Source: a virus
Virus record (IMG/VR): IMGVR_UViG_3300032118_003132
Coordinates: 6,874-70,873 of that record
Direction: 5' to 3' (one strand)
Length of the DNA stretch: 64,000 nucleotides
This document shows, piece by piece, positions 29,777-39,715 of this stretch. Each line of letters opens with the position of its first letter. The stretch's first letter is position 1. The notes below the pieces were generated by a model, which worked only from the letters and a program-made list of their open reading frames with translations, did not search any database and was not told the origin of the DNA. The translations under genes were made by a program, and so were the position numbers.

Positions 29777-30391
29777 ATGGATGATTATCCACAGATTGTG
29801 TCATATTATATAAGTGCTACGAGGAAAGTATTTGGGCATGGCATTCGGGTTAGTCCAAGTAATTATTCTAAGTTCAGGGTATTGGAGGATGATTTGCGTG
29901 ATGTTGGTGCTGATTCTAGAGTATATGCCTATACAGTTATGACTATGCTTAAGGATTGGGCACAGAAACGTAATATGAATTTCTTGTCAGTTAATATGTT
30001 CTGTGGGGACTTTGCATTCAAGAAATTCTTGAAGGTTTGGAAATCCAAGACTGTGGTTATAGAGCATAATCCAGAGATTGAATTAATTCATTCGGAGAAG
30101 ATGGTTGCAGAAACATATATTTCTAGTAATCTTGTTCTTGGCAGTAATAAATCATTTGAAGATGCGGTCAAAGAACTGAGACCATTGTTATCAAAAGAGT
30201 GGTTGGAAATGTTTAAATCTGGTAAATACCGACCTTGTACCGATGAGGTATTAGAGGATTTATGCTCAAAGTACAAGGTCTTATATGCTAGGGATTATCA
30301 TATGTTGTTGGAAAAGATCACGCAGGGACAGGTCTTTAACAAATTGACCACCAAGTTTGTAAAAGATGCAAGACCATTACGAGTTCGATAG
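29777..30391 (+). CDS. Hypothetical protein coupled to the DnaB-like gene
   Basis: ORF overlaps the helicase start. No motif recognised. Confidence 0.55.
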   Translation: MDDYPQIVSYYISATRKVFGHGIRVSPSNYSKFRVLEDDLRDVGADSRVYAYTVMTMLKDWAQKRNMNFLSVNMFCGDFAFKKFLKVWKSKTVVIEHNPEIELIHSEKMVAETYISSNLVLGSNKSFEDAVKELRPLLSKEWLEMFKSGKYRPCTDEVLEDLCSKYKVLYARDYHMLLEKITQGQVFNKLTTKFVKDARPLRVR

Positions 30392-31661
30392 AACTTTTCG
30401 CATAAAGATTTTAGCGTGTTTACTAGATCCTGTCTGGTATAGCATGCATTCTACTATTATCAAGCCAGAGTATTTCCCATTGGAGGATGAGTCAGAATTC
30501 GTAACAGCGATTGATAGATATCATGAGCAGTATTCCCGTATACCTTCAGATCCATATGACTTGGAGGTATTAATTACCAATTCTGATGGCATAGAATTAA
30601 TTCATATAGTATTTGATACATATGAGCAATATGACTTATTTCTTGCAGCGGATAAAGCATTAGAGTTTGCCAAACAACAAGCTGTGAAGTTAGCTATTCT
30701 TCAATCGGTTGATGATATAGATACAGGAGATTTATCACTTATTGTAGACAGAATGAAGGATGCTTTGGCAGTTGGTTCTGATATGGGTTCTATAGGTTTA
30801 GATCCATATGCAGATGTGGATAAATGGCTGTATGATTATTGGAAGGATAAAGTTAGAACTGGTTGGTTACACATAGATAGAGCACTAGAGGGAGGATTAT
30901 CTCCAGGAGAGTTGGGAGTTATACTTGGTCCTCAACATCGTGGCAAGAGCATGTCTTTGATTAATTTAGGTTTTGGTGCTGCTTCTATTGGTTCGGGTAA
31001 GAATGTTGTTCATATAACTCATGAGATGAGTGTGGCTCAAACAGCAAAACGCTATGCAGCTAGAACTGCATTTAGATTTCCAAATGTGGATGATAATCTA
31101 GATGATTACAGTGATGAGTTATATAAGGCTGCTCATAGATTAATAACAGGTAAAATAAGAATATTAGGAGCAACTGATGTAAAGAAATCTGCTGGTAGTA
31201 TGAGTGTTGTGGATGTTCGTTCCAGACTTGCAACATTGCAAAATAGTGGATTTAATATTGATTTGATAATAGATGATTATGCTGATCTGCTTAAACCTTC
31301 TAGACGTTTCAAGGAGAGAAGGTTTGAATTGTCTGATATATATCAATCATTGCGTGAATTAGGAGGGGAATTTGGTTGTCCTATTTGGACTGCATCACAA
31401 TCTAGCAGAGCTTCTCATTCTAAAGAGATTATAACAATGCAGGACATTGCAGAGGATATAAATAAGGTTTCTATTGCCGATGTGATAATATCACTTTGCC
31501 AGACCAAGGAAGAGCATGACTCTAATTTATGCAGACTTTTTACTGCTAAAGTCAGGGATAATAGTAGTGGTGTAACATTTGGTGCAAAGTTTTATTCAAA
31601 AATGCAAGCCATTATTACGACCGGAATTGCCGAAAAGAAAGTGAATGAAAAAGATGCTTAG
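30366..31661 (+). CDS. dnaB: Replicative DnaB-like (SF4) helicase
   Basis: GGL.PGELGVILG...RGKS, HITHEM, IIDDYADLL, IWTASQ. Confidence 0.9.
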   Translation: MQDHYEFDRTFRIKILACLLDPVWYSMHSTIIKPEYFPLEDESEFVTAIDRYHEQYSRIPSDPYDLEVLITNSDGIELIHIVFDTYEQYDLFLAADKALEFAKQQAVKLAILQSVDDIDTGDLSLIVDRMKDALAVGSDMGSIGLDPYADVDKWLYDYWKDKVRTGWLHIDRALEGGLSPGELGVILGPQHRGKSMSLINLGFGAASIGSGKNVVHITHEMSVAQTAKRYAARTAFRFPNVDDNLDDYSDELYKAAHRLITGKIRILGATDVKKSAGSMSVVDVRSRLATLQNSGFNIDLIIDDYADLLKPSRRFKERRFELSDIYQSLRELGGEFGCPIWTASQSSRASHSKEIITMQDIAEDINKVSIADVIISLCQTKEEHDSNLCRLFTAKVRDNSSGVTFGAKFYSKMQAIITTGIAEKKVNEKDA

Positions 31662-32553
31662 AATAGATTCCTTTATTAATAGATATTTTCCAGAGGCTAT
31701 GGCATATGGTAGTCCGATCACGGACATGGCTGTGAATTGTCCATTCTGTGGGGATACTAAGAGGCATCTAATGATAAGCCTGAATAAAGAGGTATGTCAT
31801 TGTTTTAAGTGTGATTATAAAGCCTCTTGGATTAGTCTTGTAATTATTATAACTGGACTGTCCTATTATAAGGCATTGAATGAGTTATATTACCAGCCAA
31901 AGTTATTAGACACTGACTCCATAATAGCTAAGTTACATAATATTTCCAATAAGTTGGAGACTAAGGGTAATATTGCAGAATTGCCAAAGGATTTCAAGTT
32001 ATTGACAAATAACAATTTAATTGCAGCTAGGATGATCAAGCAATATCTCTCACATAGAGGATTTGATGAGTATTATTGGCAGAAGTATAATCTTGGTATG
32101 TCAGAGACATATCCTATGAGAGTTATCATTCCAATAGAACACGGATATTGGCAGGGTAGATCTATTGTTAATTGGAATGAGCCAAAGTATATCAATCCGA
32201 AAGCCAGTGCCAGGAATGTAATATTCAATGCTGAAGCCTTGGAAATGTCTGATGAGATAGTGGTCTGCGAGGGAGCATTCTCCGCTATGGCTGTTGGTAG
32301 TAATGCTATAGCTCTTATAGGTAAAGAAGTTACAAAGGAAAAATTGCAGCGCATAATTAACTCTAATGCCAAACGGATAATAATTGCCTTGGAGCTAGGA
32401 GCTTTCAACAGTATGCAGGTTCTTATGGAAACAGTCTATATGCATGATAAAGAGGTAATCGTTTGGAAATATAATGCAGGAGATCCGGCAGACTCTACGA
32501 ATTTTGAAATCATAAACTATAATCTTAAGGAAAATATTTTGTTGCGATGGTGA
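31645..32553 (+). CDS. DNA primase (Zn-finger + Toprim)
   Basis: CPFCGD...HCFKC, YL..RG, KYINP, VCEGAFSA. Confidence 0.85.
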   Translation: MKKMLRIDSFINRYFPEAMAYGSPITDMAVNCPFCGDTKRHLMISLNKEVCHCFKCDYKASWISLVIIITGLSYYKALNELYYQPKLLDTDSIIAKLHNISNKLETKGNIAELPKDFKLLTNNNLIAARMIKQYLSHRGFDEYYWQKYNLGMSETYPMRVIIPIEHGYWQGRSIVNWNEPKYINPKASARNVIFNAEALEMSDEIVVCEGAFSAMAVGSNAIALIGKEVTKEKLQRIINSNAKRIIIALELGAFNSMQVLMETVYMHDKEVIVWKYNAGDPADSTNFEIINYNLKENILLRW

Positions 32554-32560
32554 GGAAGAT

Positions 32561-33145
32561 ATGAGTAGATTAGAACCTAGTATGGGAGTTGAGATTATAA
32601 ATGATATTCGCCTTGCACATACATGGTATGAGGTATCTGTGTTAGAGAATTTTATCAAAGAGCAAAAACCCAAATACTTTATCGAGATTGGAATTCATGA
32701 GGGTGGACTATCTTATGCATTAATACCGAAATTATCTTGTTATTATATTGGGATAGAAATAAATTGTGAAGTGATTAGACATGAAGTTATAAAAATATAT
32801 GAAGATTATATTATGACTGCCACTCTCATGTGTTTTGATTGTTTCAATCTTGTTATATATAATCATCTTATTGGATTAGATAATAAGATTATTTATTGCG
32901 ATGGTGGAAATAAAGCACTGGAATTATCGCATTTCAAGTCTTCTTGTAATCTTGGTGATATTATCATGGCTCATGATTTTCATGATGGGATTAGACAAGT
33001 AAGAGATATTCCAACAGAGTATTTGCAACCTGAGATAAGGTTGGATGATGTACAGGTTTATGAAAGTGATCCAATGTTCGAGCGTTTATCAGAGGATATA
33101 TTCAAGGAAACAAGAATTATTGGATGGAAAAGAATAGGAGAATGA
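32561..33145 (+). CDS. Class I SAM methyltransferase-like (CmcI-like)
   Basis: [19 protein letters not shown]. Confidence 0.65.
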   Translation: MSRLEPSMGVEIINDIRLAHTWYEVSVLENFIKEQKPKYFIEIGIHEGGLSYALIPKLSCYYIGIEINCEVIRHEVIKIYEDYIMTATLMCFDCFNLVIYNHLIGLDNKIIYCDGGNKALELSHFKSSCNLGDIIMAHDFHDGIRQVRDIPTEYLQPEIRLDDVQVYESDPMFERLSEDIFKETRIIGWKRIGE

Positions 33146-33146
33146 T

Positions 33147-33731
33147 ATGCCAGGATTATTGCCTGATTGGAGAATAAAACAACTTGTTGAATTGCAGGGC
33201 ATGATATATCCGTTTATCGAAAAGCAGGAACAGTTAGGTGGGTTTGATGAATTTTCAGATAAAGTTATCTCATTTGGGTTATCATCCTATGGTTATGACA
33301 TGCGTGTGGCAGGTGAATTCAAGATATTCAATAATGCCAATTATGGGATCATAGATCCAAAAGATTTTATGGAAAGTGCCTCTGTAATAAAAAGTATGGG
33401 AATGCCTGTGGTTATACCTCCAAACTCATTTGCTCTGGCATGTTCTGTAGAATATTTCAAAATACCTCGCAATATTATGTGTTTATGCATAGGTAAAAGT
33501 ACATATGCCAGATGTGGGGTATTAGTGAACGTGACAGCATTTGAACCTGAATGGAAAGGTTATGTGACAATAGAGATTTCCAATACTACACCTTTACCTG
33601 TCAGGATATATCCATTTGAAGGTATAGCTCAGGTATTATTCTTTGAAGTTGAAAAAGAGTGTGCTGTATCTTATGCCGATAAGAAGGGTAAATATCAGGA
33701 TCAATATGGTATAACTCTTCCAATTGTATAG
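33147..33731 (+). CDS. dcd: dCTP deaminase
   Basis: [44 protein letters not shown]. Confidence 0.95.
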   Translation: MPGLLPDWRIKQLVELQGMIYPFIEKQEQLGGFDEFSDKVISFGLSSYGYDMRVAGEFKIFNNANYGIIDPKDFMESASVIKSMGMPVVIPPNSFALACSVEYFKIPRNIMCLCIGKSTYARCGVLVNVTAFEPEWKGYVTIEISNTTPLPVRIYPFEGIAQVLFFEVEKECAVSYADKKGKYQDQYGITLPIV

Positions 33732-33732
33732 G

Positions 33733-33761
33733 TTGCTTAATATTTGAAAAAGGAGTATAAT
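33733..33761 (+). promoter_or_regulatory. Sigma70-type promoter TTGCTT-N17-TATAAT
   Basis: Consensus -10 with 17-nt spacer. Confidence 0.6.
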
Positions 33762-33768
33762 TGGGAAA

Positions 33769-33973
33769 ATGGTAGTTACGGATGGTGTTCATTTAGTTTC
33801 AAAAGACCTTGCAGAGCTGCACGAATTTGCCGCAAGGTGTGGCATAAAACGATGTCATTTCCAAAGTGGTAGAAAACATAGATATCCCTAAATTTATTGG
33901 GTGGAGTTTATTGGTAAATCGCGGTGCTTGGTTAGTCACTACTAGAGAATTATTAAATTTTCTAAAAATATAA
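33769..33973 (+). pseudogene. Disrupted DUF4031-like gene
   Basis: HLVSKDLAELHEFAARCGIKRCHFQ then stop at 33889. The expected C-terminus GAWLVTTRELL lies in another frame. Confidence 0.55.
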
Positions 33974-33977
33974 TTTG

Positions 33978-34646
33978 ATGAATAAGAGTGGTATTTATTG
34001 GATAAGAAATAAAATTAATAATCATATTTATATAGGATCATCTATAAATATGATTGGTAGGAAACATAAGCATTCTCGTTTGTTAAATAGGAAAGCACAT
34101 GAAAATAGTCATTTACAAAATGTGTATAATAAATATGGTCTCAAGAATTTTAGATTTAAAATATTAATAATCTGTGATCCAAATATGTTATTATTCTATG
34201 AGCAACAATTTTTGGATTATTTTCATCCTCAATATAATATATGTCCAACTGCTGGTAATAATGGAGGTCATAAATGTTCTGAAGAAACTAAAAGAAAAAT
34301 ATCTTTGGCACATATAGGATATAAATTCTCTAAAGATGCCAAGAAGAATATGTCTATTGCACAAATGGGACACAAACGAAAAGGATGGAAATTATCAAAA
34401 GAAACAAAAAAGAAAATATCTATTGCGCGTAAAGGGCATATGGTATCTGAAGAAACAAAAAAGAAAATATCAAAATCAAATGTTGGACAAAAACGTTCTG
34501 AAAATACCAAACATAAAATATCAGAATGTTTGATAGGTAATAAAAATAGTAAAGGACGTAAATGGTCTGATGAGGATAAACGTAAAATATCAGAACGTAT
34601 GAAAGGTAATAGGAATTGGGACAATGGATATAATGATTGGAAATAA
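33978..34646 (+). CDS. GIY-YIG homing endonuclease with NUMOD3 repeats, next to the tRNA
   Basis: GIYWI..YIGSS..R, SEETKRKIS repeats. Confidence 0.9.
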   Translation: MNKSGIYWIRNKINNHIYIGSSINMIGRKHKHSRLLNRKAHENSHLQNVYNKYGLKNFRFKILIICDPNMLLFYEQQFLDYFHPQYNICPTAGNNGGHKCSEETKRKISLAHIGYKFSKDAKKNMSIAQMGHKRKGWKLSKETKKKISIARKGHMVSEETKKKISKSNVGQKRSENTKHKISECLIGNKNSKGRKWSDEDKRKISERMKGNRNWDNGYNDWK

Positions 34647-34655
34647 TTTAAATCT

Positions 34656-34727
34656 GCTCCTGTGGCTTAATGGTAAAGCAAACGGCTGTTAACCGTGAGA
34701 TTGCAGGTTCGAATCCTGCCAGGAGCG
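34656..34727 (+). tRNA. tRNA-Asn (GTT), CCA not encoded
   Basis: GCTCCTG/CAGGAGC acceptor stem, D arm GCTT/AAGC, anticodon loop CTGTTAA, T arm GCAGG-TTCGAAT-CCTGC. Confidence 0.93.
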
Positions 34728-34728
34728 C

Positions 34729-34866
34729 AGACCAATTGTCTATATTGGGTCTTTACTTTTTCATAAAAAGGAGTATAATGATATTATGAAGTCTTGTTTT
34801 GAGAAGACCAATTGTCTAAGCAATATCTGTTTTACCCTTGCTTTTTTGGAGATGTAGTAGTATAAT
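34729..34866 (+). promoter_or_regulatory. Tandem sigma70-type early promoters with a 14-bp repeat AGACCAATTGTCTA
   Basis: TTTACT-N16-TATAAT (34752-34779), TTGCTT-N17-TATAAT (34838-34866). Repeat at 34729 and 34805. Confidence 0.65.
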
Positions 34867-34891
34867 GAGTTTAACCTAATAAGGAGGATGA

Positions 34892-35314
34892 ATGAAAACA
34901 CTGGATGTCAAATTCACTCGCAATCCCAAGTTTACCCCAGTCAACCTAACTGATCGACAAATGTCACGTATAGAGTGGCTAGTCAAGGCTACATTTGCCA
35001 GGCACCTGCCTCGCTATGTTATGGGGGATTGGGAAATCCATTCTGGTAAGGATGCACTTGCCAGTTTGACTACAAAATGGTTTGCACCCTATTGGATGTT
35101 TGAACATATATCTGGCATACCTGAAGATAAGATAGTACCACAGCGTAAAATTGCTCATGATCATGTTATGCTCTGGCTGACTGGTGATTGTGCCAAATAT
35201 TTTGTTTCATGCTGGAATTATCTACTTGCAGTCGCCAGGAATAATGGTGAATTGCACAATGCAGAAAGACATTCTCGTGCTTATTATGCAGAGAAATATT
35301 CAGGGTATAACTAG
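34892..35314 (+). CDS. Hypothetical early protein
   Basis: AAGGAGG RBS directly after the promoter. Confidence 0.65.
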   Translation: MKTLDVKFTRNPKFTPVNLTDRQMSRIEWLVKATFARHLPRYVMGDWEIHSGKDALASLTTKWFAPYWMFEHISGIPEDKIVPQRKIAHDHVMLWLTGDCAKYFVSCWNYLLAVARNNGELHNAERHSRAYYAEKYSGYN

Positions 35315-35342
35315 GAAGGGATAACCGAATAAGGAGGCTGAA

Positions 35343-35519
35343 ATGACAATAAAAGTAATATTGAATTATACGAATGATAAAGCCAGGGGGTTGAAATGGT
35401 TATTGGGTAAGAAATATGGGAAAAGAAAATCATTGGAAGCTTTGATAAAGTTGGCTGCCAATGATATTGCTTTAGAGGAAGCCAAAAAAGAAGTTGAAGA
35501 AAGTTTAAAAAGAATTTAG
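35343..35519 (+). CDS. 58-aa hypothetical protein
   Basis: AAGGAGGCTGAAATG start, ORF MTIKVILNY...LKRI. Confidence 0.55.
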   Translation: MTIKVILNYTNDKARGLKWLLGKKYGKRKSLEALIKLAANDIALEEAKKEVEESLKRI

Positions 35520-35602
35520 GAGGCTAAAATAGTAAAATATATAACATATTGCTCTTACTAATAGTCTGTATTAACTCATATTTGTGGGATAAAGAGGCTG
35601 AA

Positions 35603-36211
35603 ATGATAAATAACCAGACAAGCAAGTTTAGTGCAATAGAGAATGATGAGCTTTTCCAGGAATTACAAGGTTTAGTAAATTGGTTTGCTTATCATGGATC
35701 GAATCCGGAAAATGTTATGTTAAGTTTCGACGATGTCAGACAAGAGTTGATGATAGAGCTGATGAAGGGTTTGCGATATTACGAGGATAAACCATTACCG
35801 GAGAAGAGAAAACTTGTCAAGACAATGATGGATAGGAGAGTTAAAGAGTTGCATTATCGTTATTATGTTACCCATCGTGGTTTGGGTAACAGTGCTGTAC
35901 AGTTGGATGATATAGAGTTCGTTGCCGAGACGGTGGCGACGGATGCTGACAGTCATGAGTTCATAGAGACTTTATCAGAAAAACTCTCTCTTGAATCCAA
36001 AAAGGTCTTGGAAGTCATTATAAAACCGAGCAGTGCTATGGCTGCAACTCTGTCACTATCGGCACTGCGATATAAGCAGTTGAATAAAGTTCGCAATCGT
36101 AAACCCTGGTATCTTATTCAGCCCTGGCACGTTGCCGAGGTTTTGGGGATGGACATAAGGAAATGCCGATTATGTTTCAATGAGATACGATTAGCAATGA
36201 GTGGAGGCTGA
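35603..36211 (+). CDS. Sigma-factor-like protein 1
   Basis: Region-2-like DDVRQELMIELMKGLRYY. C-terminal HTH-like VAEVLGMDIRKCRLCFNEIR. Confidence 0.55.
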   Translation: MINNQTSKFSAIENDELFQELQGLVNWFAYHGSNPENVMLSFDDVRQELMIELMKGLRYYEDKPLPEKRKLVKTMMDRRVKELHYRYYVTHRGLGNSAVQLDDIEFVAETVATDADSHEFIETLSEKLSLESKKVLEVIIKPSSAMAATLSLSALRYKQLNKVRNRKPWYLIQPWHVAEVLGMDIRKCRLCFNEIRLAMSGG

Positions 36212-36212
36212 A

Positions 36213-36455
36213 ATGATATATAAACTCATAATACGTAAGAAAATAGAATATCAAAAGTCATTTAGGGAACAAATTTTGCCATTTATGATCTCTAATCCAA
36301 CTACGGATTTAATTAATCAAACATGGGCAGCATTTATACGGGCATGTTATGATGATGGAGATGATATTTCTAAAAAGGAACTATACCGTTGGACTAGAGA
36401 AGGTTTTATTAGTCAAAAGACCAGATATTGGAATATGAGACATACTGGAGGCTAA
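36213..36455 (+). CDS. Hypothetical protein
   Basis: GGAGGCTGAAATG start. Confidence 0.55.
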   Translation: MIYKLIIRKKIEYQKSFREQILPFMISNPTTDLINQTWAAFIRACYDDGDDISKKELYRWTREGFISQKTRYWNMRHTGG

Positions 36456-36456
36456 A

Positions 36457-36663
36457 ATGACTGATAAACCGAAATATCCAAACATCGAAGTTGAATTGTC
36501 GGGTAAAGATGGCAATGCGTTTGCCATTTTAGGTAGGGTGAAAACAGCCATGCGTAAGGCAAACGTTCCCGTTGCAGATATTACTGAGTTCCTTTCTGAA
36601 GCGATGGCAGGTGATTACGATGACCTTCTTCAAACCTGTATGCGTTGGGTAGAGGTATTATAA
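36457..36663 (+). CDS. Conserved small phage protein
   Basis: G.DGNAFAILG...EA.AGDY..LL motif. Confidence 0.7.
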   Translation: MTDKPKYPNIEVELSGKDGNAFAILGRVKTAMRKANVPVADITEFLSEAMAGDYDDLLQTCMRWVEVL

Positions 36664-37127
36664 TGTTAACTGATCTGGACTGTGTAAAGATATTTGAGAA
36701 ACCTGAGTTATTGGAAATCGCAAAGGAATTAGATATTGCCATTGATATATCTGTTCCTTATACGAAAATTTATGGTCTCATCATGGATGACATAAAGGAT
36801 AAGGGAGTGCCAGAGATTGACGAAAGTATATCTGATTTGCTTGGCTCTTTCCTTGTTACAGTTGGTTTCGTTGATGAAGATGGCAATCTATTGGAAATAA
36901 ATTCCGAGGGAGAGGAGGAGGAACAAATAAAGCCACCCTGCTGGTCATTCCACAGCGAGTATGACCCTGCATGTCAGGGTTGTAAAGTAAAAGGTAGATG
37001 TGAACTCGCACGCATAACCAATAGACCGGAATGTTTTGGCAGGTATGAGGCAACTGATGATAATTGCAAACAGTGTTTAGAATTAACCGAATGTAATAAA
37101 ATCCAGTTTGCTGGAATTAATCAATAA
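36663..37127 (+). CDS. Protein with two C-terminal four-Cys modules
   Basis: CWS...C..C....C and CFG...C..C....C. Confidence 0.6.
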   Translation: MLTDLDCVKIFEKPELLEIAKELDIAIDISVPYTKIYGLIMDDIKDKGVPEIDESISDLLGSFLVTVGFVDEDGNLLEINSEGEEEEQIKPPCWSFHSEYDPACQGCKVKGRCELARITNRPECFGRYEATDDNCKQCLELTECNKIQFAGINQ

Positions 37128-37149
37128 TCTAACAAAAGGAGAGTAACAA

Positions 37150-37854
37150 ATGGTTATCAAAAGGCGTTTAATCCGTCGCAAGCCAGTTGAGGAAGAAGTC
37201 GAGGACGAAGAAGTAGAGGAAGTGGAAGACACCGAGGTGGAAGAGGATGAGGTGGATGTCGAGGAAGAAGATGAGGATTATGAGGAAGAGGGTGAGGAAG
37301 AAGAACCTCAACCTGTCAAGAAACTCGTATCTCGTGGCATCGCTCCGAGACCTGTTGCCAAACTCCCTATGGTTCAAGCCAAACCTGTTCCCAAACAACT
37401 GAAGTTGGAAAAGGTTGAGGAAGAAGTGGCACCTGCCAAGACAGTCAAGGTTATGAAAGTTGAAGAGACTGTGGTTGCCTCTGTCCTGATGGAAGCCATG
37501 AAGCAGTTGGCTGATGGAAAGGTTATGATCGTTACGAACCTGGGAAATGGCAAGTTCAGTATTGGTCATTCGGACAATCTTCCCACTGGTGCAACTAGTA
37601 AACTGCGTGGCAATGCTTACTATGATGCTGTGGTAAGTCCTGAGTACGAGAAGTGGTCTGCTGAATGGAAAACCAAGACCTACGAGGAGAAGGTGAGGTT
37701 TGCTCAGAAGAAGAAAATCACCTGGGATGAATATCCTAATCCTAAGGTGGACGTGATCCGTCTGACTGAAGCAGTTCGGACTGCACTAGGGATCGAGAAA
37801 TATCGTCCAGAATATCGGACGAGGGCATCTCGCGCAGCTCTTCGTGGTGGATAA
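37150..37854 (+). CDS. Protein with a highly acidic N-terminal tract
   Basis: Strong RBS, E/D run, followed by a terminator. Confidence 0.7.
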   Translation: MVIKRRLIRRKPVEEEVEDEEVEEVEDTEVEEDEVDVEEEDEDYEEEGEEEEPQPVKKLVSRGIAPRPVAKLPMVQAKPVPKQLKLEKVEEEVAPAKTVKVMKVEETVVASVLMEAMKQLADGKVMIVTNLGNGKFSIGHSDNLPTGATSKLRGNAYYDAVVSPEYEKWSAEWKTKTYEEKVRFAQKKKITWDEYPNPKVDVIRLTEAVRTALGIEKYRPEYRTRASRAALRGG

Positions 37855-37875
37855 ATAATTCAATATATGATCACA

Positions 37876-37910
37876 CTGGGAGACTCAAAAGGTCTCCCAG
37901 CAATTCTTTT
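37876..37910 (+). terminator. Intrinsic-terminator-like hairpin
   Basis: CTGGGAGAC/GTCTCCCAG stem, then CAATTCTTTT. Confidence 0.65.
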
Positions 37911-37923
37911 GGAGAGTGAAGAA

Positions 37924-39012
37924 ATGAATAAACAAGTAAGGGTTGCCATAATCGGTGTGGGTAACTGTTGTTCATCTCTGGTTCAGGGAGTGCAGTTCTA
38001 TCATAATATTAAAGAGGGTGCCGAGATTCCTGGATTAATGCATGTGAATTTAGGTGGTTATCATATCAATGATATAATGTTTACGGCAGCATTCGATGTT
38101 GTAGAGGGGAAGGTTGGTAAGGACTTATCGGAGGCTATTTTCGCCTATCCAAATAATACATATAAATTCTGTGATGTGCCATACTCTGGTGCATTGGTTT
38201 ATAGAGGAATGACTCTTGATGGTCTAGGAAAATATCTGTCTGAGATATTAAAGAAAGCTCCTGGTCCGACAGCTAATATTGTTGAAATCTTGAAAGAGAC
38301 CAAAACAGATGTTGTAATAAATTACTTGCCTGTTGGTTCTGAGGATGCTACTAGATGGTATGTTGAGCAGATATTAGAGGCAGGTTGTGCTATGATAAAT
38401 TGCATTCCTGTGTTTATTGCTAGTTCTAAGTATTGGGCAGACCGATTTTCCGAGAAAGGATTGCCTGTCATTGGAGATGATATCAAGAGTCAGGTAGGAG
38501 CCACCATAGTTCATAGGGTACTAACTACTCTGTTTGAGGATAGAGGAGTTTATCTGGATAGAACCTATCAATTGAACTTTGGGGGCAATACTGATTTCCT
38601 TAATATGTTGGAGCGCGAGCGTTTGGAATCTAAGAAGATTTCCAAAACCAATGCTGTGAAGAGTATGTTATCAAGGGAGATAGCTCCCGATGACATTCAT
38701 GTTGGTCCAAGTGATTATGTTCCCTGGCTCACAGATCGTAAGTTCTGTTATATCCGTATGGAGGGAACAACCTTTGGAAATGTTCCTCTAAACCTCGAGT
38801 TAAAGCTAGAGGTATGGGATTCTCCCAATTCAGCAGGAGTTGTCATTGATGCAGTCCGCTGTGCAAAGTTAGCTTTGGATAGAGGTCAATCTGGGTCATT
38901 GGCTCTGCCGTCAGCTTACTTTATGAAAAGCCCGAGCATACAGTTTGAGGATGGTTTGGCTAGGGACAGTCTTGAAGAGTGGATTCGCAATGGAAATGTA
39001 TCAACATCCTAG
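37924..39012 (+). CDS. ino1: myo-Inositol-1(3)-phosphate synthase
   Basis: [62 protein letters not shown]. Confidence 0.95.
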   Translation: MNKQVRVAIIGVGNCCSSLVQGVQFYHNIKEGAEIPGLMHVNLGGYHINDIMFTAAFDVVEGKVGKDLSEAIFAYPNNTYKFCDVPYSGALVYRGMTLDGLGKYLSEILKKAPGPTANIVEILKETKTDVVINYLPVGSEDATRWYVEQILEAGCAMINCIPVFIASSKYWADRFSEKGLPVIGDDIKSQVGATIVHRVLTTLFEDRGVYLDRTYQLNFGGNTDFLNMLERERLESKKISKTNAVKSMLSREIAPDDIHVGPSDYVPWLTDRKFCYIRMEGTTFGNVPLNLELKLEVWDSPNSAGVVIDAVRCAKLALDRGQSGSLALPSAYFMKSPSIQFEDGLARDSLEEWIRNGNVSTS

Positions 39013-39649
39013 TGGTGTGTGGTTGAGGAAAGATACCCACGATAAGTATGTGGTAGGTCAGATATCACAATATAAACTGTTGGATATTACACCTGGATGT
39101 AGAGTGTTGGATATTGGTGGGCATATAGGTTTATTTTCCAGATATGCTGCTAATAGGGGTGCAGGTTATGTATTAGCCATTGAGCCTCATCCCGGTAATT
39201 GTGATATGTTTATGCTGAATCTAAAGAATTATGATTGTGTTGAGTTGATAGAGGCTGCTGTTGTTTCTAATAATTATAAACAGAAAACTATGAAATTATA
39301 TGAGAGCAACACAGATACCAGTGCACACTCACTCGTTCCTACCAGAGGACGTAATAAGATGGTTGTCAATACCATACATTTCGGTTATGCATTGGTTGAA
39401 GCACAACCTAGTGTTGTGAAGATTGACATTGAGGGTTATGAGTATGATTTGCAAGATGAGATTCTTGGATTATTTCCAAAGAATAATATTAAATCATTTG
39501 CCATAGAATTTCATCTAAATAGAAAAGACTGGCGACAGAAAGCCAGGGAATTTGTAAAACAAATAGAGAAGATTTATAAACCTGTACGGATTGCCAATAT
39601 TACTGAGAGAGCCTGGAACGCTACAGGGGTTTGGTGTATAAATGGGTAA
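38990..39649 (+). CDS. FkbM-family SAM methyltransferase
   Basis: [15 protein letters not shown]...N, KIDIEGYE. Confidence 0.85.
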   Translation: MEMYQHPSGVWLRKDTHDKYVVGQISQYKLLDITPGCRVLDIGGHIGLFSRYAANRGAGYVLAIEPHPGNCDMFMLNLKNYDCVELIEAAVVSNNYKQKTMKLYESNTDTSAHSLVPTRGRNKMVVNTIHFGYALVEAQPSVVKIDIEGYEYDLQDEILGLFPKNNIKSFAIEFHLNRKDWRQKAREFVKQIEKIYKPVRIANITERAWNATGVWCING

Positions 39650-39715
39650 CTTATTACCTAAACTCACTATAAAACGCTCCTGTCTCTTCCTGGAATACAA
39701 TGTAGAGGGTGGGAT

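Noticed and set aside
7767-34646. GIY-YIG genes as group I intron-encoded
   Set aside because: All three lie between genes with only a few flanking bases on at least one side, leaving no room for intron cores, and no split host gene is seen.
34656-34742. tRNA region as attP or prophage boundary
   Set aside because: No duplicate tRNA 3' end, no integrase, and phage-type genes on both sides.
37867-37923. Longer N-terminus of Ino1 given by the ORF track
   Set aside because: It runs through the terminator hairpin. RBS and family homology start at ATG 37924.
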